A stretch of 64,000 bases of DNA, from assembly GCF_018977255.1 (NCBI RefSeq), contig NW_024704753.1:7812001-7876000 (forward strand), written 5' to 3'. Of the stretch, positions 11,408-23,040 are shown one piece after another. Below the pieces are notes generated by a model that worked only from the letters and a program-made list of their open reading frames with translations, had not been told where the DNA came from and made no database searches. This DNA is from Callorhinchus milii. Taxonomy: Eukaryota. The position numbers and the translations under genes were made by a program. How positions within the stretch are numbered: position 1 is the first letter of the stretch; each line of letters opens with the position of its first letter.

Positions 11408-13235
11408 CTGGCCTTCCAGGTCCAAATAGGAAAGTGCGGAAATATTTGCCACAAATTGCAGGGAAATTTGGCAAAATTTGCTGACGGTTGGTTAGTGCTA
11501 TTGAAGTACATTTTACTGCCAACCTACATTTTTTCCACTTTATTGATCAAAACTAAACATGAGGAAATAACACATATTAGATTGCTGAATTTTTTAAAAT
11601 TAATTTGTTCTTAACAAAAACTGGGTTGGCCATTTGGGGGATACACCAGCGCAGGCCCAAAGGGCCTGGAGATCCGCCAAAAAACAGATACTCAGGATCA
11701 GACTGTGGGGTTACAGGAGCTCACCACCTCCTGCCTTTCAGGACCCGGCTACCACACACAGACCCAGAGAGAGACATACACACACAGACCCAGAGAGAGA
11801 CACACACAGACCCAGAGAGAGACATACACACACAAACCCAGAGAGAGACACACACAGACCCAGAGAGAGACATACACACACAGACCCAGAGAGAGACACA
11901 CACAGACCCAGAGAGAGACATACACACACAGACCCAGAGAGAGACACACACAGACCCAGAGAGAGACATACACACACAGACCCAGAGAGAGACACACACA
12001 GACCCAGAGAGAGACATACACACACAGACCCAGAGAGAGACATACACACACAGACCCAGAGAGAGACACACACAGACCCAGAGAGAGACATACACACACA
12101 GACCCAGAGAGAGACACACACAGACCCAGAGAGAGACATACACACACAGACCCAGAGAGAGACATACACACACAGACCCAGAGAGAGACACACACACACA
12201 GACCCAGAGAGAGACACACACAGACCCAGAGAGAGACATACACACACAGACCCAGAGAGAGACACACACAGACCCAGAGAGAGACATACACACACAGACC
12301 CAGAGAGAGACACACACAGACCCAGAGAGAGACATACACACACAGACCCAGAGAGAGACACACACAGACCCAGAGAGAGACATGAGGAAATAACACATAT
12401 TAGATTGCTGAATTTTTTAAAATTAATTTGTTCTTAACACACAGAACCAGAGAGAGACACACACACACAGACCCAGAGAGAGACACACACAGACCCAGAG
12501 AGAGACACACACACACAGACCCAGAGACACACACACACACACACACACAGACCGAGAGAGACACACACACACAGACCCAGAGAGAGAGACACACACACAC
12601 AGACCCAGAGAGAGGGTCACACTCAAGTACACAGACACGCACACAGAGGAAAGAAAGACGCACACACACATTCACACAGACACACACATAAACAAATACA
12701 CATATAGAAGAGACAGACACACTCACAAACACATACATATAGAGGAGAGAGACACATAGACACACCTACAGAGGAGAAATATATAATATATAATATATTA
12801 CTTGCATACTCACACACTCATAAACACAGAGAGGAGAGAGACACACTCACATGACATTCACAAACACTCACCCACACAGACACTCATAGACACATAGGGG
12901 ACAAATGCACACACATATAGAGAGAGACACTCATTTAGAAACATTCACAAACACACAAATCATAGAGCGAGAGAAATACTCACAAACGCATACAGAGCAG
13001 AGACACCAGACACACACATACAGACAATCCCCACAATGGGGCTTCTGAGTGGAGCGAAGCCCATTTTCCGCTCACGTCACACTGCGCATGCATGTTTGGA
13101 GCCGCTCCACCCACAGTGATGTCATGTAAACAGCATGGGAGTCTTTAAACGTCATTTAATGGCGGGTTTGTAGCGGAGGCGCTGTTTATAGCGGATTCTG
13201 CAGAAAAAAAGTGTGGCCACACTTTTCTATTGGCC
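11408..13235. mobile_element. Non-autonomous element with subterminal inverted repeats carrying a minisatellite
   Basis: caaataggaaagtgcgg (11423-11439) and ccacacttttctattg (13217-13232) form an imperfect inverted repeat. The element interrupts family X, and its right end recurs at ~58060-58228. Confidence 0.65.
11754..12615. repeat. Minisatellite (ACACACAGACCCAGAGAGAGAC[AT]) with mostly alternating 22/26-bp units, decaying into (CA/GA)-rich sequence to ~13025
   Basis: The tandem array is directly visible. Confidence 0.98.
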
Positions 13236-13764
13236 CAGCCGATGAGCTGTGCTGTCATTAGCAGTGCCCTGGAATACTGCGGACCCACCTGGCTCAAGAA
13301 CCAGATCCCTGAGCCCGCCACAGAGGGCTGGCTCAATTCTGATATTCCGTTGCCAGGCTTGTCACCTTGGTGTCAGTTCAGCTGCAAGGAGACCCCACTT
13401 ACCCCACCCCAAGGAGGATAGTCACCCATGCTAAAAGGCGATCAGAATTCTATAAGAGCAGGCAATGCTCCTTACCATTAAACAATCTTTTCACAGTTTG
13501 TCAAAACTATATTTAAATTGCTTTCTGTTATATAGGGAACTGGAACCCTATGGGCAAAATCCCTTATTTAGTGTTCGATTTTCCAACTCCTTGTTTTTTC
13601 ATTAACAGATCACAAATTTATACACTGAGGTGGACTACAAAGGGGGGGGCAAAGGGAACACGACTTAGCCGTTTCCTCTCAGGATCAGCACCAAAAATTC
13701 CAGGTCAGGTACAATATAATACTGTAAAATTAAATGCAAAAGGTGACAAGGTTCAATTGATATG

Positions 13765-14076
13765 TAATAATAATAATCCTTGCATTTGATGTAGCGCTTT
13801 TCACGTCGGGAGGACGTCCCAAAGCGCTTCACAGAATACACTGTAAAGTGAATTGACTGTATATTTATGGGCAAACGCGGCAGCCAATTGCGCACAGCAA
13901 TGTCCCACAAACAGTCGTAGATTGAAAATGACCAATTTAATTATTGTTTTTGGTTTTGGAGGATTATTAGGCGTGTGGAGTAAGGAAACTTGCCCAAGGT
14001 TTCGCCCTCTGCCTGGAATTGAACTCAGGTCTCTCGCTTGCAAAACGAGTGCTCTAACCACTGAGCTACAGGACTC
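13765..14076 (-). mobile_element. Young tRNA-derived SINE, full length
   Basis: Near-identical reverse complement of 9401-9726. Confidence 0.95.
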
Positions 14077-14367
14077 AGAATATACTGTAAAGTGAATTGA
14101 CTATATTTTGTGGGCGAAATGCAGGAGCCAATTGCACAGCAAACAGTTGTGAATCATTAATATAATTTTTTAAATTTTTTTTAAGGTATTGTTACCTCCG
14201 GAAAAGTGATCTGCCAATCGACCAACAACTGCGTTCCTACTTACTGCTAGATAAACAGAGACCTGTAGAGTAAGGAAGCTTGCCTAATATTTCTCCCAGC
14301 CTGGGAATTGAACCTGGGTCTTCTAGCTTGCAAGACGAGCGCTCTAACCACTAAGCTACAGAACTCC
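14077..14367 (-). mobile_element. Older long-form SINE lacking its tail, abutting the young copy
   Basis: It has the same head plus the extra internal segment (agcagtaagtaggaac...gtcgattggc) seen at 22682 and 47539. Confidence 0.85.
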
Positions 14368-17300
14368 ACGTAAGGAATCATTGGAGCTTCATGAGGGAGG
14401 TGAATAAGAAATAATACAGAAAAATTCACAATTAAAAAAAAATCCATAACTTGCTTCACTGAGAATTTAGTCCCATTATAAAATTCTAGATTTATACATG
14501 GTCCAAACCTATTTGCCATACTTAATCTTAAGTGGCAAGCCTTGTCTGTTGAAGAATATATGCAGCTCACAAGAAGCCCCCTAGCAATAAAAAGAGTGCT
14601 GCAGCATTCCTTCACAAACTAACATTCTGCAGTAATGTGTTTTATGACACACTGTAACTTAACCGTAAATTTGTGATCTAAATTGGACTAAAAAAGATGC
14701 CATACAATTGCATTGGAAACTAATACCACCTTTGCTTGTCAGACATTGTAGGACACAGCATTTACAACGTGTGCTTCTACAGTAGCACTGTAATTGAGTT
14801 TTGAATCCAAACTAGACTGCATCTAAAAGTCTAATTTACTTGCCCACCAATAAATATTCATCTAGACCTGGGCATCTGTCAGGAGAGCTTTTTTAGAGCA
14901 GCTTGTCATCCATTCTAATAAAAATTGGGAGTTCCAGCTGTAGGCAAGAAATAGGCATGGCTTTAGTCAGACTGCATTGAAATTTTAAATAGAAATGGTT
15001 CAGACCAGCTGCTACCTGATTGATACAAAATTGGATCACATGTGGAGGAAATAATTAAAGTACTGGTAGGTAATACTAATCCTTAATCAAAAGTGTGAAC
15101 TACCTGACAAAGCTGCTTTATCACCTAAACTGCTTGCATGCAGCAACAATTATATGCATGAACTTCGCTTAAAATGCAGCAAAGAGTGATTCTGAAAGGC
15201 CATATTTGGATTAAAGACCTAATTTAGGTTGTGCATCAGATGGCAACATCCTTCCAGTGCACTCATTTCACAAAACACTGGAGAAAAGTGAGATTCTCAT
15301 TTAGAATTCTGATTAAAATTAAGATCATCAGTTAAAAAAATTATGTAATTCTTGAACTCCTTTTTGAAAAAAAACTAAACTGCAGCCACCATTTTATTTT
15401 GAATTACTAAATAATGAACAACTGAGCATTTAGTAATTTAAAAAAAAAGTAATAATCATTTGCTGCAAGTTTTCAAATTTAATTCATTTCTATTCTAGGC
15501 TGCAAAATTCCACTAGCCATGGAAAGGCTATTTAACAGTTTACAAAGCAATTGTGCATCTTTAAGATAATACTAGTGTTTTTCTCACTTTAAATCCATTC
15601 CCATTTTTCTAAGGGTTAATCTCCATGGATTGAGATTCAATGGAAAGTGCTGCAGAGCAGAAAGTATTCACCAAACAAGTAAATTTTAAAAAATCACATT
15701 TACCGCACTGTTCTGCAATCCTACATCAGAAGACCTGTGGTTATCAAGTGGGCGTTGAGAGCTTGAATCTCTGTTCTACTAAATGCGTGCAGAGCACTGA
15801 AAACAAAATGGACCATTGTGCAATTGCCAAGTCAAATTTAGCTTCAGACTGGCCGAGCACCTTCAAATGTGCACTTCCCCTGTTTACACTGCACTGGGAT
15901 TTGTAGTCTACTCTATTACTCTAAAATTGAATAATTTGTTTTCATGCATTTACTTCAGAAGTTCGAAGGCGAAAGCACACAACGGTTACACTCATGAAGC
16001 CCTTAACCCAGTGCCAGACGTTCCCAATTTGTCCCTTAATCTTTTCATCTGTTTCAAAGTGGACCTTTTAAGCTTGATTTTGAGCCAATGAAAGTCAGTT
16101 TTTTTTTAAACAGTTGCTCCATCTTCCAAATACACTCACACTATACGTAAAACTAAGCTCTGGACAGGAAAGCGGTGCTGATACAATCCATTCTCTGGGG
16201 TTGATATCCTGCATGCTGTAAGGTGGCAAATGAGTTGAACACCTGGATGCCTTGAATTAGTCATAGATTTTCACTCAGAATCAATAATACAGTATAAATA
16301 TGTTTCTCAAAGAGAGAAATTAAAATTTATTTTTCATGCATCACATACTTAGTTGTTTTGCTAGAACTGTTTATAAATGAGTGTGTGTAATTTGATCGAT
16401 CCAAAAATGTACTTATGTTTCTATTTCTCTGTAATAAACAAACATGACAGGAAAATTAGCCACTTGGGAATCGTGTTCTTTCCTTTTTGCACGTATAGCA
16501 AAATGATGTTTAAAGTATTGGGTTTCATGGCTCAAGGTGAATACCATTAAAACCTTATTTAAATACATATTTGTTTAAGCAATGTCAAATTCTTTAAGAA
16601 CTCTGTAGCTGTAACAAGACTGCAATCATTGTAAATTGACCTTTACACTGAACTGTCAAAGGTTACTATGAATCTTTACACAAAATAGAAATACTGAAGT
16701 ACTTAGATGTAAATTATAAAAGGATGGTACTCTCAGGATATACTCTTGAAATCCTCTCTTGATGTTGGGAATGTTTTCTGCAATTCATGTAAAGATTTCA
16801 AAACACCTTAAACACTTAAAACTTTGTAAAAACCTATTAAGTTATTGCTAACTAGTACTAAAACAAACAAAAGTTTGTTTAAAATAATTCCTTGCTGTTT
16901 AGTCCAATTGAAGAGGTGGTGGTGAAGATGCAACTTGGATGGAGTCAGACCAGTGTTGGTGTGCATCGATTCAAGTCTGACATCACTCTTTTGCTTTTGT
17001 GAGGTCAAGATTACATCAAAGCAACTCAAGTTCATTTATTTCAAACCCAGGCAGATTAACAACAATCCAATGCATAATAAACCACATTGATTTGAAACAA
17101 ACAGTCCTCCATAACTGAGCACAGATAATCCGCATGAATGTTTGTAGCTGCAGTATTTGGGCACAACTTGAGGACATTCACAACAAAGTGTGGCATCAAG
17201 TGGTAAAACAATAACAGAAAGATCTACAAAGTGAGAAGTTGTGGTCTGTAAGAATTTTTTTCTACAAAATATTTGATACATGAATTCTGCAAGATGTTTT

Positions 17301-19509
17301 AATTTACCTTTTTAATCACTAAATTATTTGCCACAATGGGACTATCTGTAGCAAAGGTACATGTTTAGGTTAAATCGTATTTGCAATTTAAATATGACAG
17401 ATATTGCGATATGTGGGGAATTTTATGGATTTCCACTATAAGTATTAATTTTAACAGTAAAATACACCTATAAAGTGAGGGAGAACAAATATAGTGACCT
17501 TGAAAACAATAATTTTGAGCTGTGCTCTAACTTGAACTGCAGAGCAGCACTTTCTGTTTTGAATTTGCAGTTTATTCAAATTTTGCTGGTTGTCAATCAT
17601 ACAAGAGGCCTACATGTAGACAATGCATTTTGTCATACAATTGGCCTTTCGGGTAGTGATGGATGATTATGACAAAGGATGTCACTTTTCAGGGCTTGTG
17701 ATATGAATGGGGCATGGGGTGTGATTCTATCGCTGAATCTTTTAAAGTTCATCTTTGTTGTCATCCCAGAAGGATGTCAGTAGTGGGAATAACAATACAC
17801 TTGCGTGTGCAAGGCTCTGTCTCCGTCTGTCCTTCTCTAACAGTCCTCTCTCTCCATTTTCTCTGCTCCAACATGCCTCCACTGTTTGTGTGTGCAGTAC
17901 TTGCCTAAAAATATGCAGTCAGTATATGTGACAATTTTTGTGTAATGCTTTGAGAAATTGACATGATAGCCATTCTATTACATGCAAAGATTATTATTAT
18001 TATTTCACTTAGTCCCCATTGATTACATTTTTTTACTACTTATTTCTCTCTTAGTACAATTTGTCTTTTTCCACCTGCTGATGCCAAAGACTTCTTTCAA
18101 CCAGTATTAATGATGTTGGGTATTGACTGACAGACAAGCCAGGAGCAATTCCTCCCCCTAAGATAAAACGCTGTACTGAACCAGCTGGTAATGCTCACCA
18201 ACTGTGGATCGGAGAATTTGACTGTTAACACAACTCTGGTATTTGAACTTGGGGTCCAGTATTTCACAATGTTAGTTTTTTTTATTTGCTTATTTTTGGA
18301 GCAAAGTGATATTCATTGGTTCAGTTTCCTTCCACTCATTACAGCTGAAAAAGACAATGACATAATTATCTAAAATGGGTTGCAGATTGCTTCCAGCATC
18401 AAGTGTGGCATTCAAAATGGTACATCCAATTACAGTAATTTCCCCTGTATCTCTACAGTGCAGCTTTGTTAAAAAGTCATTTAAAAAGGAGCCATTTCAG
18501 AATGTTACAGACACCCCATTATTTGTTCTTAACCTTCTTTTAATATATATCTGTACCTAGGTATTGTCGAGAGCTTCAGTAAGCCTGTTGAAGGCTTGAT
18601 GTTTGCGCAATTGAAAAGCTTGCACATGCGCAATTACAGTGTATAACTTTAAGAGCGATTTAAAGTCCATAGCCAGTATTTTAATTTAAAGGAAAATATC
18701 TCGTTAACGACATCAAATCTAGATTTGGCAACAATTTGGCATGAAAAAGATCGGAAAGGATCCAGGGAATGGAGCTACAGCGAAACATTGTAAATTTACT
18801 AATACTTAAGATACTTTTTAAAAGAGGAGAGGCTAAATGCCCTTAAAAGTAGTAAGCCCAAATACCTCGTGGTTGCTATTCACCTTGTTTTGTCATCAAA
18901 GAAGTACATGCCTGACCTGAGGAGGAGTCCTCTGGGTCAAGTTTGTTTTTTCTGTTGTTATACTAACGTGTTTACAAGGCTGCTAGCTGTAGAGTATAGT
19001 GTGTAAGGGATTACAGTTCAATGTTGTGACTGTTTTCAGATTTAACGGGCAGATAAGTAAGGCATAGGGTTGTGTTTGAGATGAGTTAAGATTAATCTTA
19101 ACTTTACACTAGGGGTGAGAACCGTCGCAAGAAGCTCCCATTTACTTGAGATCAGTACAGAACACAATGTGCACTTTGGGAAGTTGACTCACATCGGTGG
19201 AAATAATCAGAAATATGAGATTAAAAGTATCATTCTATGACATTTGTTGGAAAAGGCAACATCATTTAAAATTTTGTTCTAACCTTTACACTCATACTCA
19301 ACCAAGCTCCCTTTCAGATTGTAAAATGTGGCGGTTTGCTTCTGAAATTCATTATCTGCACACTTCTTTCAGAAGAGTTCATCAGAAGAAATATTTGAGG
19401 TCTTAAATGTGTAAAAAANCAGGTACAGTTCATAACATCTAATGTTTTCTTGATAACAGTTAACTGTATGCACATGTTAACCGTTAAATAAACAGATACA
19501 TAAATACAG

Positions 19510-19803
19510 TAATAATAATCCTTGCATTTGATATAGGGCTTTTCACGTCTTCTAGAATGCTTCACAGAATATACTGTAAAGTGAATTGACTGTATATTTT
19601 TGGGCGAAACGCGGCAACCAATTTTGTCCCACAAACAATCGTGGATTGAAGTGACCAATTTATTATTGTTTTTTTTTCTTGAGGCATTATTATCAGGCGT
19701 GTGGGGTGGAGTAAGGAAATTTGCCCAAGGTTTTGCCCCGCCAGGAGTCGAACCCAGATCTCTCGCTTGCGAGGCAAGTGCTCTACCCACTGAGCTTCAG
19801 GAC
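19510..19803 (-). mobile_element. tRNA-derived SINE
   Basis: Head, body and (TTA)n tail match the family, with small internal deletions. Confidence 0.9.
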
Positions 19804-20134
19804 ATAGTGATATGTATGTAAAGAATTTAAAAGGAAATAATAATAGGACAGAAGTAGCAAATGCTTTTTCAGACTTCTATTTGCTATATGTTTTACTGTG
19901 TGTTTACTTAGAAGGGAAGTATTCTGGCTCCAATCCTTCAGTAGTTTGCTGTGTAAAGAAAGGTGAGTACCCAGTTGGGCAAAGTTCAAACATTTGATTC
20001 AGCAGAATGTTTGCATTGCTTAGTTTCAGGAGCAGCTATCGTCAGAAATGGTATGAAGTTATTGGGACACTGCACATACTTATTTCCTGTAAAAGAAATG
20101 TTTATTTGGTGACAATGTCTCTTTGAAGGAAAAT

Positions 20135-20470
20135 AAATGCCCGGGGTGGGACCTTATAGAGGTATATAACATTCTAAATTGGATTGAGAAAGCAAACCAT
20201 TAACACCATTGCAGTAGAATAAGAGGTCACAAGTTCAGGGTTGCAAAGGACAATTTCAGTATCATTTTCAATTTCAAGACAGACATCAGGAAGGATTTCT
20301 TTACCCAGAGGGTAATTAATGACTGGAATGAGTTATCAGGAAAGATGGTTTGCTGGGACTCGATTTAAAAACAGCTTGATACTGTAATGGGAGGACAGTA
20401 GGGTGGATACTCTGGAAGGAAATGATCAGATGGGCCGAAGGGCCTTCTTCACCTCAATCTCTCTTGTGAA
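20135..20470 (+). mobile_element. Old CR1 3' fragment
   Basis: ggggaccttatagaggtatataac...ggtcacaagttcagg...ttctttacccagagggtaattaatgactggaatg...gatgggccgaagggcct. Confidence 0.75.
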
Positions 20471-21710
20471 AGCTGGGCCAACTATACTACACAAATAAAT
20501 TGCAATGAAGAATTATTTTTATTGAGTCTACTCTAAATGGTGTTCTTTACATTCCTTTAGGGTTTCTTTTGAACAGGGAATTAATAGGAGATGGTATTTC
20601 CACAATCACAGTTTCAAACATAAAAAAATAATTTGGATATCTCCTATTCAAATCAATTAAAATGGTTAATGGCAGTAGGACAAGAGGGGGAGTGTCTGTA
20701 ATTCCTCCAATCTGCTGAATTACCCATTTTACTGTTACTGTGAGAGGAGAACCACAAGGTTCTGCTAGTCTAGTTTGTCTGCCCACTTCCAAACTAATAT
20801 TGGCAAGTGTTTAGGAGCACTTCTTCTCACTGATAATGCCAAATGGCACCAGGAGAAGAGTAAGCTAAGAAAAATAGAAGTAATTCTCTTTCAGAAAAAA
20901 ACTAAAACATTCCTATTCACCCAAATACAGTGGGATCCTGGGTGGCTAATGAGCTGCCACCAGAATTTTTTTCAATTTACAATAAGAGGCAGCCAGAGTT
21001 CCCTCAGTGAATAATTAAACTACATGCTGAGGCGCTGATCCATACAGTCCAGGAAGGTCTTTGGGTCAATCTCTGTTCTGCACTGAGATTGCTAATCTCA
21101 GGTGAAATAATGATGGGGTCACTTTTAATTGGGCTTTGTAAGGCTGAACTAACGAGAGGTTAAAAAAAATCTTATTAGTACCAAGTAAATCCAGCTGGAA
21201 AGTCAAGTGAGTGCATTGTAAAATAGGCAGCAAATGTGTGATGTCAAGACTACGGGCTCAGCCATGACATGCGTATCAGTAGGTGAGTCTGGACTGTCGG
21301 CTTATCACTGTTGAATTTTCCCATCACTCTCCATTATACCTGCAATGTCCAGAAGGGAAGACTCTGAAAGCAATCAGGGAGTGAAACTTTTATTTATTCT
21401 TCCCTTCCTGAACCCCCGACATTGTTCCTCCTCCCCTGCTGCCTCAACATAGATCAGGGTCCCGCTATCAGGAGTTTACTATACATTTCAGTGAAAGGTT
21501 TGTGATTTAGTAGGAAGGGAGGGGAGCGAAAATCTCTCTCTCTTCCCCTTCACTGTTCGATACTATTCAGTCAAATCCCTTCTCTCCCACACCTCTCTCT
21601 CTCGCTGCCCCCTGAGCAAACCCTCTCCCAGACTGTGAACAGTTTCCCTATGTCATTTTTATAACATAATTTTAATTTAAATGAAGCAATTTAATTTTTT
21701 TAATCTCCGA

Positions 21711-21999
21711 AATAATAATAATCCTTGCATTTGATATAGCGCTTTTCACGTCTTCTTGACGTCTCAAAGCGCTTCACAGAATAGACTGTAAAGTGAATTG
21801 ACTGTATATTTGTGGGCGAAAAGCAGCAGTGTCCTGCAAACAGTCGTGGATTGAAGTGACCAATTTTATTATTTTTTTTGAGGGATTATTATCAGGCTGT
21901 GGAGTAAGGAAACTTGCCCAAGCTTTCACCCTGCTGGGAATCAAACCCAGGTCTCTCGCTTGTGAGGTGAGTGTTCTAACCACTGAGCTACAGGACTCC
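21711..21999 (-). mobile_element. tRNA-derived SINE
   Basis: Full head to (TTA)n tail, with the older AAGAA loop type. Confidence 0.92.
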
Positions 22000-22246
22000 T
22001 ATTGAGAAATCTCCTAAGAAATCTGATTATATTGTGGAAGTTAAGTTTAAGTGGGGGGAGGGCGGGGAAAGAGGGAACGGGAGAGTGAGAGAGTCTAGAA
22101 CTGTTGTCTTTTTCCATATAAAATGGGACAAAAATAATTGAATTTTTTAGATAAATCTACACAGACCAGAACACACTGTCTCTCTGTCCCTCTCGCTGGG
22201 TATCCTGTTTTGTTAATAGGATTGCAGAGGTGTGTGGGGGGGTGTT

Positions 22247-22561
22247 ATAATAATAATAATCCTTGCATTTGATATAGCGCTTTTCACGTCGGGAGGACGT
22301 CCCAAAGCGCTTCACAGAACACACTGTAAAGTGAATTGACTGTATATTTGTGGGCGAACGCGGCAGCCAATTGCGCACAGCAATGTCCCACAAACAGTCG
22401 TAGATTGAATATGACCAATTTATTATTGTTTTTGGTTTTGGAGGGATTATTATTAGGCGTGTGGAGTAAGGAAACTTGCCCAAGGTTTCGCCCTGCCTGG
22501 AATTGAACTCAGGTCTCTCGCTTGCAAGGCGAGTGCTCTAACCACTGAGCTACAGGACTCC
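22247..22561 (-). mobile_element. Young tRNA-derived SINE, full length
   Basis: Near-identical to 9401-9726. Confidence 0.95.
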
Positions 22562-22681
22562 ACGAGTTTGGGATGAGGGGTGAGGGGAAGGTTGTGGAAA
22601 CCAAATAAAGCTGTTTCGAATTATGTCATTTTACAATCCTACATGTTCACAGAATTTGGAGAATAACACAATATAACAGGT

Positions 22682-23040
22682 GGATTCCTGTTGCATAGTG
22701 GTTAGTGCGCTCACCTCGCAAGTGAGACAACCTGGGTTCAATTCTCAGGCAGGGCAAAACTTTAGGGAAGTTTCCTTACTCCACTCACACGCCTCTATTT
22801 ACCTCGCAGTTAGTAGGAACCTGCTTGTTAGTCGATTGGCGGATTGCTTTCCTGGGGTAATAATCCCCAAAAAACAACAATTTGGTCACAGTCCACGACT
22901 GTTTGTGGGACACTACTGTGCACAATTGGCTGCCATGTTTCATCCACAAAATACAAAGTCACTACTCTTAAGAATATATTCCTTTGAGATGTCTCGAAGA
23001 TGTGATGAGGTGCTATATGAAATGCAAGGATTATTATTAT
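22682..23040 (+). mobile_element. Older long-form SINE
   Basis: Diverged head ggattcctgttgcatagtggttag, the extra internal segment, and a (TTA)n tail. Confidence 0.88.

Larger units (their letters stand above)
10791..13424 (+). repeat. 'Family X' copy in three pieces (10791-10900, 11204-11410, 13233-13424)
   Basis: Once two insertions are removed, the pieces join collinearly with the 8760-9315 copy. Confidence 0.75.

Noticed and set aside
11754-12615. CRISPR-like array
   Set aside because: There are no unique spacers and no cas genes, and the context is vertebrate.
11605-12817. Long ORFs in all frames (THTDPERD, VCVSLW repeats)
   Set aside because: They are translations of a stop-free minisatellite, with no coding evidence.
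22157-22483. Recurrent small ORFs (MGKFPYSTRLIII..., KCKDYYYY) looking like a gene family
   Set aside because: They are chance reading frames in the SINE consensus.
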